Assembly (NCBI RefSeq): GCF_009914755.1
Contig: NC_060930.1
Length of the DNA stretch: 64,000 nt
Direction: 5' to 3' (one strand)
Source: the human T2T-CHM13v2.0 reference genome, Homo sapiens
Part shown: in pieces, positions 29,329 through 43,563 of the stretch
Numbering within the stretch: the stretch's first letter is position 1
Layout: each line of letters begins with the position of its first letter
Translations under genes and position numbers: made by a program
The notes under the pieces: generated by a model
Databases searched by the model: none
What the model was told of the DNA's origin: nothing
Seen by the model: the letters and a program-made list of their open reading frames with translations, nothing else

Positions 29329-30714
29329 TTAAAGGTTCTTTCAAAATGAAAAAATTATATAAATAAAATTAAATGGATATTCAAGGTTGGGGGAAAATAG
29401 AAAAAAATGCAAGAGGCTATAAAAAGGATTATGGAAATCTTGTGTGTTCAAAAGCTGATTGAAGGTGAATGTATTTGTTTATAAGGTTTTCTTAAAATTA
29501 GCAGTAGTATTGATTATATACTAACACAAAAGTAAAATTCATAATTCTCTGCAGAGTTCACAGGGGAAAAAAGTAAAATTCTGTTTTCTCCTTTGAATAA
29601 GAATTTATTGTAGTATTAATAAGAGTGAAAGATGTTCGTCCACCTTTTGAGTAAAATGCAAAGAAAAATAGAGGAGAGACAGATTTTGTTTTGTGCTGTC
29701 TTTATTATGTCTTTTGATTATTTGGAAAACTGAATCTCCTCTTCATCAACGAATAAGGATTTTTGCTTTTGAAAACCTTTTAATTATCAGTTAGGCTAAA
29801 TTAATTACTATTATTTTGCCGTAATCTGTGATTCTATTTTGATAGTGTTTAAAACCTTTGGCATATTTGATAGGCTTCCTAAAATCAAATTTCAAATTCT
29901 AAAATTAACTCTTTTTTCCTTCAAACTAACTTTAGGATGTTCCAAAAGGTCCCTGAAGCATCCAAAAAAGAGACAATAAATAGGCTTATTTGATATGTTA
30001 AATAAAATGGAAAGCATCATAAAATAAATGGTACTTAACATTCTCTGAGTTATATTTTATGAATATATTATGAATATGTATTTCAAAATTATATGTGACT
30101 CCTAATATTCTGATATGTCTTAGTATATGTTATCAGCAATAATTATGTTTATTTATGTTAAATTATTATAGGATACAGAAAGAGCCAAATTTCCTTGTCA
30201 ATTGCATCTTTAACCATAACCATTTTAAGTCTTATTCACAGTTTATTAATTCTGATGAACTTTCTTAAAGCTCATTACAATCAAGTAAAATCCTAAAATG
30301 TTGTGTCCTCAAGGAGGTTCATGGAAAGGTTTGAAAGAATGCTCATAAACACTCTTGAACACAGGTTTCTGATAACTCTAGAATGATATACATTTGGACG
30401 GGATAGGAATACTAAAAGCTCTAATGAAGAAGTTGACCAGTTTATAAAATTGCCAACTTAAGTAGCACAAGAACTAATTGAATACCAAGGAAATACTTTA
30501 GCAGATTTCCATGCTAGATCAGCCAGTACTGATGTTGTTAAAATATGCAATTTGAATGAGGTTCATGGTTCAAGTCAAATTGCCTACAATAACCCATTTG
30601 ATAAGCAGTGCTATGCACCTAAATTGAAGAAACGAAATTTGTATTTAAGATAATATGAATTCATTGTCGAGTGTGGACTCATGGAGAGTCTGGAGAGCTG
30701 CCTGGTCCTTCTCA

Positions 30715-30992
<278 letters not shown>

Positions 30993-32040
30993 TCCAAATT
31001 ATATTTTTAAAAATATACTGGTGTCATGACTATTCTAAGTTGCCAAAGTGGTTTATTTTGCTTTGTCAAATCCATAATCCTAGGAAGACAAAAAAAACTT
31101 CAGGTACATTTTTGCTACTTGATGGGCCATTTGAACATTTACAGATGGCTTCTATTCAATTGTCATTTGTAATGCATGTTTTCTAGTTATATACAAGCTT
31201 TCTCATGCAAGAAGGCTAATGCAATAACAATAGCTAAAATAGCTTAACGGTTATCAAGAAATGTGTTTCTCTCATGGAACATTCCTAGAGAAATCTCCAA
31301 CAATAAAGGTACTTGTTTCACTGGACAAGTTGTAAAACATAAGGTGTTACAGCTATAATAGCATTAGGCAAGTCTAACTGAATGGACTGAATTGTCTTGG
31401 TCAAAGGTACTGCAGACTGATAACAATCAGTTCCTCTTCCAATCAAAACATGAGTTGACCATTTATGAAATAGTCACTGTAAGGCCTCTAATAATAGAAC
31501 CTTATGTATCTTCTGCACCTAAATTCTTATATGACTAAATGCTACAATGCAGGCTTCAATGCATTGTGCCAAAGTGTATTTTCATTAGGTAAAAGGAGCT
31601 TTTTATGATCCACTGACTGGGTACAGTCAAACCCTTCATGGTCTAAAACTTAGAGACTGGGCCTTCTGGAAACACCATCAGAGAAAGACTTCCCTTGCCA
31701 CTCACACTGCAGTAAAATACTGGGACCTTGAACCTTGAGTCTGGCCCATCCAGCCTCTTGAAACCAAACACTTGTTAGAGACCTTAAGGTAAAGCTAACC
31801 AGAGAACTTTCTCCCTTGAAGCAGATGGCATCCTAGACATAGAAAGCTTTCCCAAGATCATGGAACAAGACTTCTCTTCCATCGTGAGATTCTTAACCTT
31901 TCTTAACTTTTGCCTTGCTTATGCCTCTTGGAACAACACAGTGGGAAAAGGGGCCTATGTGTGTGAAGTATATTTTTATTTGTGTTAGATTTCACAGACA
32001 ACCTTATACATGAGCAACCTTATCTCTTGATGGATGCAAG

Positions 32041-32480
32041 ATGAAGGGCCAGTGTAGGCTAGGAATTTTAATGACACCTTTGTTACTCCATAATCAGTCA
32101 GAAACAGAACATCAGTCCACTTCTTTTAACGTACATCCTAGGTTAAATAAAACATTGCCAAGAGGCCTTCACCTTTCTAGATGGGCATCATTTGTTAGTT
32201 CCCTTTTTCTATGGCTTGGAGTAAATGAGGTAATGATTAGAAATGTATCCCTTACAGTAGTCTGTACAGCAGATTTTACTGCAAAACCTGTGGCTGTGCA
32301 GCAGACTTCTTTAAATTCTCTTGCTAAAGTTGTGCTAGATAATAAAATTGCTCTAGATTACCTACAGGCTGAACAGGGAGAAATCTGTGCAGTGGCTTAC
32401 ACTTCTTATTGTACATGAATAAATACACTGGGTTTTGTAGAGATTCAGTTACAAGAGATTAATGAACAGGCTGCTTAATT
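32041..32480 (+). pseudogene. env TM remnant of the MER57-type provirus
   Basis: SLNSLAKVVLDNKIALDYLQAEQGEICAV resembles the gammaretroviral ISD. Confidence 0.8.
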
Positions 32481-33675
32481 AAAACATGTAGACTTTTCAT
32501 CTGGCTTATTCTTTGATCTATTTAACTTTAGTTGATTAATAGGAACTAATAGGAACCTTGGCTAAGGAGCATACTCCAAATTCTTGGTATGCTCCTGCCA
32601 GTCACTATAGTAGTCATTATCATTATCATTCTGACAGTCACAATAGTATTCTCCCTGGTATGCTATATTCTCTCCAAAGTTTTAAATGTTTGCAGACAGC
32701 CATGTGTAGAATGTCAGATGGTATCTTTGACTGGAATGACAAAATCTCAAAGAAATGCCTGATCGTGAAGACACTATAACCTATCAATAATGTGCTAAGA
32801 CAGAAAACCCAAAATAATGGTAATAGGAAGTAGCACCAAAGCCCTAAGTTTTGGTCACACTCTCATCTAGGTGAGAACCTGACCAAAAGAAGAGAATTGT
32901 TAAACAAAATTATGGAAGACCATTGTTCTGGACTGAACTCTTGCATTAGACCCCAACAGAACAGACCAAATCAAAACAAAATCACTCATGCTAATACAAC
33001 ATAATCACAGTGAAACTTTAAGGAAGAAGATAGATTCCAAAACAGTACAGTTTTTTTTTCTTCTGAAAACAGGAGATCCCAGCATAATAAAGAGGTCCCC
33101 TCTGCTCTAACCCTTACAAAAAATTAACCTAAAGTAAACAATCAGGTTATTTTTCTCTCATTCTGTTTCCATATTCCCACCTTACAAAATCCACTGTACT
33201 GCTATTTCCCAGTGGAATTTGAGACCAAATAAGTCCATTTACAATGGTGTGAGAGTGACGTCAATGCCTAAGGTTTCAGTCAACCTCTCAATCTTAAGAG
33301 GTTGACCCAAAGGGAGGAATTGTTTACATAAAGCTACCTCCTTACATATCTTAAGTTTGGCCTAGAACTTTATAAACAGACTATAACCTACTCCTGTACC
33401 AATTAGAATTTCAGATGCCTGCCAATCACAGGCAGCCAACTGTTCAAACCATGTTCAAATAAGGGAAACTCCCAGCTGTAACTAATTCAGCTGTTTCTGT
33501 GACTCATTATTGTCTTCTGTACATCACTTTTCTTGTTCTGTCCATAAATGTTATCCAACAATGTGGCAGCTCCAGAGTCGCTCTGAACCTATTTTGGTTC
33601 TCAGGGAGGCCCAATTCTCAAATCATTCTTTGCTCAATCAAACTCTGTTAAATTTAATTTGCCTAAAGTCTTTTA

Positions 33676-34017
<342 letters not shown>

Positions 34018-35029
34018 TTAACATTTTAAAAGCATTGCCATATCCAGACAATATTTTATATTTCATCTAATACCCACAACATACAGGGAATATTTATTAT
34101 CACCTACATTTTTTCCAAAGCAGAAATAACCCACAGGGGTTAGGTAATTTGTTCAAGGTCATATCTGAGGAAGAATAGGAATTCAAATCTAAGTATTTTA
34201 TTTGAGGTGCTTCCTACATCACCATAGCTTGATAATTGACTTAAATGGAATTCTGTTTTTATTATATAGTGTGATCTGTGTAACTCATAAAACTTGTTCA
34301 ACTTCTTCAATTATATATTCTTTTTCAATTGTATTTTTATAACTCTTTTCTGTATAAAAGCAAAACCCATCTTAATTCACATCACCACCAGTTTAACCTT
34401 CATTAGTCCCAAGAGTGAAGTTGTAACCTACTATGGATAAGGCAAAATCAAAGACATAAAAATAAACAAAACATAAAACATGATTCACAAAGAATATTAC
34501 AATCTAGTAGAGGCAATAAAGTGTTGCTGTGGCAGTTAAGGGCCTCCATGTTGTAAAGAAAGAGATATGCTCAGGTTAGCCTAGTTCAAGGAGAGCAAAC
34601 TCAAATAGCAGACAGATCACAAAAAAACACAATGGGCTGGAGGGCGAACGCAGTAGTTGATAGCCCTTCCCAGGAAGGAGCCAACACAGGAGTCCAGACA
34701 ATTGTTGCCATATTAAAACGTGGCCCTCGTGTTGCCAGTTTTACAAATTTTCAAAACATGCCAGAAATCTGGATTTTTATTTGAAATTTCATGATTGTTA
34801 AATACTGCCAATTGATTTAAAATGTAAGGTAAGAAGTAAAGAAATAAACTTTCTCAACTACCACACAACTAGGTCTCAAAACTACCGGAATGCTGTTCAG
34901 AATATGCAGCAGCTCTAGAGATATGAGGCACAACTGTATCAGCAGTGACCACCTGTCTTTTCCCCAACAGTGGTATCTAGTGTGGTACTAAAGGGTGATG
35001 GTAAAAATATTTAGCCATTAGTACATCTA

Positions 35030-35260
35030 ATAAAAATAACCAACACTTATATTGTGCCTATTATGTGCTAGATCTCTTCTAAATGCTTTGTCTTAATTTA
35101 TTTAGTCTGAAAAATATCCCATGTGATAAATACATTACCATCCTATTTCAGAGATGAGAAAAATTGAGTCAAAGAAAGACTAATCAACTAACCCAAGCTC
35201 ACAAGTCTCATAAGTGACAAAGCTCAGATTTGAACCCAGCCAGTTGGCTCCAGAGCACCA
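35030..35260 (-). mobile_element. MIR SINE
   Basis: CCTATTTCAGAGATGAGAAAAATTGAG...AGATTTGAACCCAG core. Confidence 0.65.
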
Positions 35261-37057
35261 AGTACTTGGCACACTCTTAATGAACACTGTCACCAGGATA
35301 TCCTCCCAACCATTGCTGGGGTGCTAGGAAGCTGTAGCAAGGTCCTGGAGGGCCTGTAGGGCCAGGTACTAGTTCTTTAACTCTTTAATTGATGGGCTGT
35401 GGACAGGTCCAAGAGCCCCAGGGAAATACTAGGACAGGTAGAAAAGTTTGGGTAGAGTGGACCATTAAGAGGCTCTTGTTAGCCACTGTTTACCAATCAG
35501 TTTAGAAATATTTGACCATTTATCAAGTACTCAGTGGTGCAGCTCTCCCTGGTGGCACCATTATGTTGGAAAAGCAATGCCTGATGCATGGTAAGTACTA
35601 AACAGAGGTCAGCCACAAATATTGCCTGGGCACTATGCATTACTGAGGATTTCTGGTGGAAAGATAACTCATTCTAGATTACCTCACAGGCCCTGGCCAG
35701 CCTAGAGGTGACTTTCATTGGGTCAGGCACTATTCCCTTATCTAAGAAGCTCCAGATTCTAAACACAATAAAATAGGGGAACCTCTCAGAATCATGAAGG
35801 CATATCAAGCAGTCCGAGGATTCTTAGAGTGGGGCAGTGTGATCCAAATAGCCTGGCTTGGACTCTACAGTAATGCTGTTACTACACAGGCAGAGTATTT
35901 CAGTCTTCAGATAGGCTAACCTTAAACAGAAGAGGGCGCATTTCAGCTGAAGATAGGGAGTGAGGTAAACCAGGCTGGAAGAATCATGAGCGTAAGTACA
36001 GATATGCAGTTTCATTTTGATTGCATGGCATAAATATATACATTTAATTCATGCTTAATTTGGACAATCCCAAATTTCTGCTACAACAGGTTGATTTTCA
36101 TTCTTTTGATATTTTCACCAGAGCAGCTTTTCACAATTCAAAAATGTTTCCACTATCGTTTCGTCAGATGGCTTTTTGTCTCATACATGGGAATGGCCAT
36201 AAAAAATGTTTCCTCTTACATTCAAGTTCATTACAAGACATTTTCATAATTCATGTTTTTCTCACCATGGTGATTCTTTTGAAATGGTGTTTATATGGTT
36301 TAATATAAGTTTATCATTTTGCATTTCAACTCAGTGACTTGATCAAATTAACTAAAAAACGCTTAACCTAAAGGAATACTGCCAAGCATTAAATGTAGAC
36401 CCTAATTTGACCTAATAAATTTCTTTCCAATATAATAATGAGTTATTTAGGTTCTAAATATCAATGATTTTATTGATTTAGTTTTAATTTTCTCTAACAG
36501 TTACCTTTTTAATGTCAATACAAAAAAAAAAAACTTTTTTTGACCCCTATATAATAGTTATAGTCCGAGGTGTAGGCATTAATGCATTTACCAAACATCT
36601 GATTTTGTTAATGAGAGAGGTGCATGAAAACGCAAACAAGCAAATCAAAATTTCATCAAGTTTTAACCTCTGTTAGAAATAGTGGAAAAAGGGATCGATA
36701 ATTATCAAACTTAAAAGAATATGTCAAAGAGGAAAGAATGTGCCTTCAGTTACCTTTAAGTGTGTTCTTCAAAGAAAAAAGAAAGAAAATGTGCTTAAAA
36801 TATTTACAGAAGTGTTATTTCAAAGACTACATCACAAACTTGTATTAATTACTTTAAAAATATCCGTACCTATTAACCTTGTATTCCTACTCCTAGCAAC
36901 TTGGTTTAAGAAAATAATCCAAGATACGTCATGTATGTTCAGTGCCACCTTCATTATAATAGTAAAAATGTGAAAGTAGCATACGAGAAAGTAGAAAGAG
37001 TTAAATACACGTGGCAATTCTTTTCAAGTGATTTACCATTTAAAAATAAGCGCTTCT

Positions 37058-37352
<295 letters not shown>

Positions 37353-37484
37353 AAAGCTCTTCCATTTTCCATCTTTTGTCACCTGGATTGACACAATTTT
37401 TTTCAATATCTTCTTTTTTGAAGTGTCTTTTTAAAACTGCCCATTTTTATAAGATTGTCTAGTGGGGTTTTTTTGGCGTTTTCC

Positions 37485-37750
37485 TTTAATTTTTTAAACT
37501 GACAGATAAAATTGTATGTATGTATACCACAAAATGTTTTAAAGTATGTATACATTATGGAATGGTTACATCTAGCTAATTAAATATGCATTATTTCACA
37601 TACTTATCACTTGGTGATGAGAACACTTAACATCTGCTTTCTTAGAATTTTCAAGAAGGTATATTATTAGCTATAGCCACAATGCTGTGTATTAGATGTC
37701 TTGAATTTATTATTCCTATTTAACTGTAATTTTGTATTCTTTGACCAACT
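37485..37750 (-). mobile_element. L1MA 3'-end fragment
   Basis: Similar to 38235-38415 and typical of an L1MA 3' terminus. Confidence 0.65.
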
Positions 37751-38234
37751 CCACAATTTCTAGCCATTCTCTGTGCATCCAATGTTACCCTTCTTCTATT
37801 CATCCTTCATACTACTGCCATGTTATTTTTCTATAACACAATTTTGGTTTTGTTATTTCTTTGCTGAAAATACCTCCACAATTCTCCCTTCACCTTCAGG
37901 GAAAACTCAAATTGGTATTCTCTAAGGCTCTGCATAATCCAGGCTCTCAACAATCTCTCCAGCCTTCACAGCTGGGAATTTTCACATACAAACCCTATCT
38001 CCATCTGTACAAAACTAGTTTTATCATTTCTTGGGGTCACACTGTTTCCTTCTTTCCTAGGCTCCTGTTGATTATCTAGCCTGTCCTGATAAGACAGTTA
38101 CCTACTTTTCTGGCCACAACCAAAAATTAACCTGCAGGGTGGTTTGATGTAGCCATCCATTACAAAATGATTAATGTTCTTATTTGGGGACAGAAGGGCT
38201 ACAAAAGGTGACCTAGATCTCCTTTCCTTTTAAA

Positions 38235-40265
38235 ATGTTTATTAATTTTAATTGACAAGTAAAAATTATATATATTTATGGTATACAATATAATCTTTTG
38301 ATATATGTATACATTGTGGAATGGCTAAATTAAGCTATTAGGATATATATTATCTCCCATTTTTTGTGGTGAAAACACTGAAAATCTATTCTCTCAGCAA
38401 TTTTTATATATACAATATGAAGGTATGTCAAAAAGTTCATGGAAATGGAATTAAAAGATAAAAATATAAAATATAAACTTTATTTCTCAACATAAGCTCT
38501 ATCAAGGTTAATATACTTTTGTAAGCAATCATAGCAGCCATTTAGTGCATCCCTTTAAAAATGAGGGTCCTGGAAGATAAACATATGAATGCGGTCTTTT
38601 TTACATTATTAACTAAAGAAAAATGAATCCCCTTTACAGATTTTTGTAAGATTAGGAAACAAAAGGAAGACAGAAGGAGCCAAATCAGTGCTGTAAACTG
38701 GATGCTTATGATCTCCCATCAAAATGCTCACAAAATTACCCTTGTTCGATGCAAGGCATGAGCAGGAGCATCATCGTGGTGAAGTAGAACTCTCTAGTGA
38801 AGGTTTCCTGGGCATTTTTCTGCTAAAGTGTTGGCTAACTTTCTCAAAACACTTTCCTAATAAGTAGGTCTCATTCTTTGGCCCTCTAGAGAGTCAACAA
38901 GCAAAATGCCTTGAGCATCTCAAAAAACACAATTGCCATGACGTTTGCTCTTGACTGGTCCACTTTTGCTTTGACTGGACCACTTCTACCTCTTGCTAGC
39001 CATTGCTGTAATTGTGCAGTATCTTCAGGATCATACTGGTAAAGCCATGTTTATCTCCTGTTACAATTCTTTGAAGAAATTCTTCAGAATCTTGATCATA
39101 CCGGTTTAAAATTTCCACTGAAAGCTCTTCTCTTATCTCCAATTGATCTGGGTACAATGGTTTTGGCACACATCAAGTAGAAACTTTGCTGTACTTTAAG
39201 TTTTCAGTCAGAATTGTGTAAACTTAACTAACTGAGATGTCTATGGTGTTGGCTATTGTTTCTGCTGTTAATCGCCAGCCGTCTTCAATCAAGGCATGAA
39301 CAATTAGGGCAAATTGATGTGGATGATCTGCCACTTCAGCCTTCATCTTCAACATTGTTTAATCTCTTCTCAAAAAGAGTCACCCATTTCAAACTGCTGA
39401 TTTATTTGGAGCATTGTCCCCACAAACTTTTTATAAAGCATCAAGGATTTCACCATTCTTCCACCCCAGCTTCACCATAAATTTGATGTTCATTCTTGCT
39501 TTGATTTTAGCAGAATTCATGCTGCTCTGATACATGCTGTATTCAAACTGATGTCCTATGCTTAATGCCTCAAACTATATCCTGTTCAGACATGTCATAA
39601 CAAATTAGCATGAATTTACTTTGGTTCAAAATATTTTAAAATCCACGCACAGTTTTTATAATACACATTTTCCATGAACTTTTTGAGGTCCTCTTATATA
39701 TTATTATTAACTGTAGTCACCATGTGGTACAGCAGATCTCTTGAAACTACTCTTCTTTCTAAATAAAATTTTTTATTCTTTGACCAACATCTCCCCAATC
39801 CCTTCACCACCCACCCTCTGTTAACCACATTCTACTCTCTGCTTCTCTGAGTTCAACCTTTTTACACATCACATATAAGTGAGATCATGAAGTATGTGTC
39901 TTTCTGTGTCTGGCTTATTTCACTTAACATAATGTCCTCTAGGTCCATTCATGTTTTAACAAATGACAGAAAATTTTATTTGGCACTTAAGGGATCATAA
40001 TGCCTGGGCTAAGCTAATTATTGCCTGTTTAAGGCTTCCTTCCTTTCAAAGGCTGAATACTATCCCATTGTGTATATATATCACTTTTTCTTTATCCATT
40101 CATCTATTGCCAGATGCTTAGGTCAATTCTATATCTTAGCTATTGTGAATAATGCTGTAATAAACATGGGAGTGTAGATATCTCTTCAACATACTGATTC
40201 CACACCCTTTGGATATATATCCAGTAGTGGATTGCTGAATCATATATAGTAGCTCTATTTTTAAT
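38235..40265 (-). mobile_element. L1MA 3' fragment interrupted by HSMAR2
   Basis: Typical L1MA 3' UTR/ORF2-end sequence on both sides of the mariner. Confidence 0.75.
38418..39694 (-). mobile_element. Full-length HSMAR2 mariner DNA transposon (dead transposase)
   Basis: TIRs ...TCAAAAAGTTCATGGAAA at both ends with TA flanks, about 1.28 kb. Transposase start MNSAKIKARMNIKFMVKLGWKNGEI at 39520 with TAA at codon 30. Confidence 0.88.
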
Positions 40266-40639
40266 GGATGATTGATGTTCTTAAGTCTCCAATGAAAGTA
40301 GAATCCTTATTAAACTTTCTGTCCCTTCAAATAACTCATAGTTATGTTGTCTTCATTATAATTGGTAAATTATATAGTATCCCTTTGGAGATCTCACCTA
40401 ATGCTTCATTAAATAACTTTCAGTATCATTAAAGTAGAGCTTTCGTCCATGTATAAGTTTTTTTTCTCCAAACTAAAAGGCATTAATTACTTTAGTCCCA
40501 GGCATTATGATCTCTTAAGTGCCAAGTATACATTTAAGTGTCCCTTGTAGAATTGAGAAACACTACAGCTAGGTCAGGATACCATAAAACAAGGAACTAT
40601 TTATATCTCTAATACCCACTTGGGTAATCTGGAGTAGAG

Positions 40640-41270
40640 ATTACATTGATCTGAACTAGGAGAATAGCTCTGGAGAAGCGGGCGAAATGAGCATAGTGCA
40701 GACATACTTGGGAAGTGGATTTCGCAGCTTGGTAACTAGCTGGATATAGGAAGTGTCAGAGACAGAGGAATGAAAAATGACAACCACATTTCTGACTAGG
40801 AAACCCAAAAAGCAAAGACTTGAGAAAGGAAATTATGAGTTCTGTTTTGGGCATATGGAATCTAAGGTGATTGTGTCATCTGGAGGTGTCCAGCAAGCAT
40901 TGACCATAAGGGTCAAAATGTAAAAGACAAAATGGAAGGAAAAAATAGCCTTGACAGTGGTTGGAATTATTAAGGGAAAGAACAGGGACTGAGAAAATAA
41001 GAGATGTAAAAGAGAACTGAGATGTTCATTTAAATGGTGCACAGTAAAAATAAATAAATAAATAAATAGAACTAAAAACCCACCATAGTTAATGAGTAAA
41101 CATAAAAAGGAAGTACCAATGGACCATGCTGCTGAAATGATAAATAAGATTGTTATTAATACTTGCCCTTTGTATTTTGCAACCCAAGTCACTGGAGGCC
41201 TTGGTAAGGACAGTCACGGTGGAAGCATGTGAGCAGCAGCTAGATCCAGTGAGTTGAAAAGGAATGTGAG
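40640..41270 (-). mobile_element. L2 LINE fragment
   Basis: TGAGTTCTGTTTTGGGCATATGGAATCTAAGGTG and CACTGGAGGCCTTGGTAAGG motifs. Confidence 0.5.
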
Positions 41271-41459
41271 TTGTTTAGCCCAGGATCTACACCCAGCAGG
41301 CACACAAGAAATATTATCAAATGAAAATATGAAATACAACTCAAAAGTATGAAGTAAAGAAGACAGAAAATATGTCTACCAGGGGAGTACATAGAGGTTC
41401 AAGAAAAGTTTACGTTGCTTTTAGGTAGAGAAGACTTGCATATATTTAAATGCTAAGAC

Positions 41460-41834
<375 letters not shown>

Positions 41835-42004
41835 TTAATGAAAGGAAACAAAAAAGGAGATGTAGGAGAGAGTAGAAAAAAAATAAAGGGAGGTCCCTGG
41901 GAGGACAGAAAAGATGGAATCTGGGATTGAAATAAAGGAATTAACTTTAATACATTTTCCTCTATCAGAGGAAGGAAAAGGGGTAGATCGTTAGAAGAAA
42001 GAGC

Positions 42005-42377
42005 AGAGTTAAGAACGGCATGTTTGTGTCCCCCACAAACCATACAGTAAACCCTAACACCTAATGCGATGATGTTAGGAGGTAGAGCCTTCGAGAGGTG
42101 ATTAGGTCATGAGGCTACAGCCTTCAAGATACAATTAGTGCCCTTATGGGGAAAAAAATATAGAAGAGTGCTTACTTCCTCTGTCTCTGCTCTCCACCAT
42201 ATAGGATACAAGAATATGTACATCTACCAGCCAGAAAGTGAGGCCTCACTACATGCTAGATCTGCCAGAGGCTTTAACTTGGACTTACAGCCTCCAGAAC
42301 TGTGAGAAATAAATGTTTGTAATTTAAGCCAGCCAACCTACGGCAATTTGTTATATTAGCCCAAACTGACTGAGACA
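42005..42377 (+). mobile_element. MLT1A-like MaLR LTR
   Basis: GTTTGTGTCCCCC...CAGCCTCCAGAACTGTGAGAAATAAATG...GACTGAGACA. Confidence 0.75.
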
Positions 42378-43509
42378 AGGAAGGAAGAGAAAAAATGAGG
42401 AGGAAGAGGACTATTAGGAGGAGAAAGACAGAAAGCAAAGAATTGTTAACATTTCATGAGTGCCTTTCAGATGAGATAACTGAGCCTCAGGAAGATTTTC
42501 ACCCAATAAATGGCAGAATTTCAATCTAAAACTGATTTTAAACCTTAATCTATCTTATCCATTCTGGATAAGAAAAGGTGGAGGGTTGTGATGCTTCCAA
42601 TTTTCCCTTTAGGGTAAGAAGTGTTCAGATAGAGTAGGAATATGGAAGACTAAAGGCTTAAGGAGAATGGAAATTGTTTCACATAGTTATAGTGGAAACT
42701 GAGAAAGAGCCGACTCAAGAAAGAAAAATATCAAGGGCCCAGAAAGAATTGGAGGTTTTAAAGTTTAAAGTGACACCAATCTGCACAGGTAATTATTTTC
42801 TCTAGCAAAGCTCAGCTGGAAATGTGAAGACACCATGGTTTAAGGTTTCATGAGGTCACAAACTCAGAAGGACAATGACAAAAATAAGTTGAGGATTTGG
42901 GCAAGGAAGATGCTAAAATAATGGGATATGGAATCCAAGACAGATGGGATAAGAAGTCAAGTCAGGAAAGGATGACAAGAAGAACATGTCAAAGACTGAA
43001 GATTCTTAGAAGGTGGCATTTAGATGTATCCTTGTGCCTAACATATTGCCTAGCATAAAGTAGTAATTGAGTAAATAATTTCTAATTAATTAATTATAAC
43101 CAAGACCTACCATGTTGAAGTATAAGGCCAGAAAGGACATTTGACTCAGACTTCTCCTTTATAAAAGATTCTAAATGAGACTTCTTTGGATGTCAGCAAG
43201 ACCTGATGGTAACCCACTAGGATGATTCAGTCAAAACAGCTTTCCTAGATAAAATATGGCATGGACTTCTTCAAAGTTTTCTCTAGAAGGGCTTAGACCT
43301 GTGCTTCTTTACTTAGATGGGCTTGTGCTAGTGAAAGCCTGCTCTACAATGCCTCTGTAGCTTTACTCTATAAATTTTACCTTTTCTTTAGGGTTTTTTC
43401 ACAGTAGTTACCCTCAATATCAGGCCTTTTCACCACGGTTATGATTACCCCACTTAAGATACTGAGAAAACATTATTTCTCTTGCTTTTCTGAAGAATAG
43501 CTAAAATGT

Positions 43510-43560
<51 letters not shown>
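43510..43560. repeat. (TC)n(TG)n microsatellite
   Basis: Seen directly. Confidence 0.95.
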
Positions 43561-43563
<3 letters not shown>

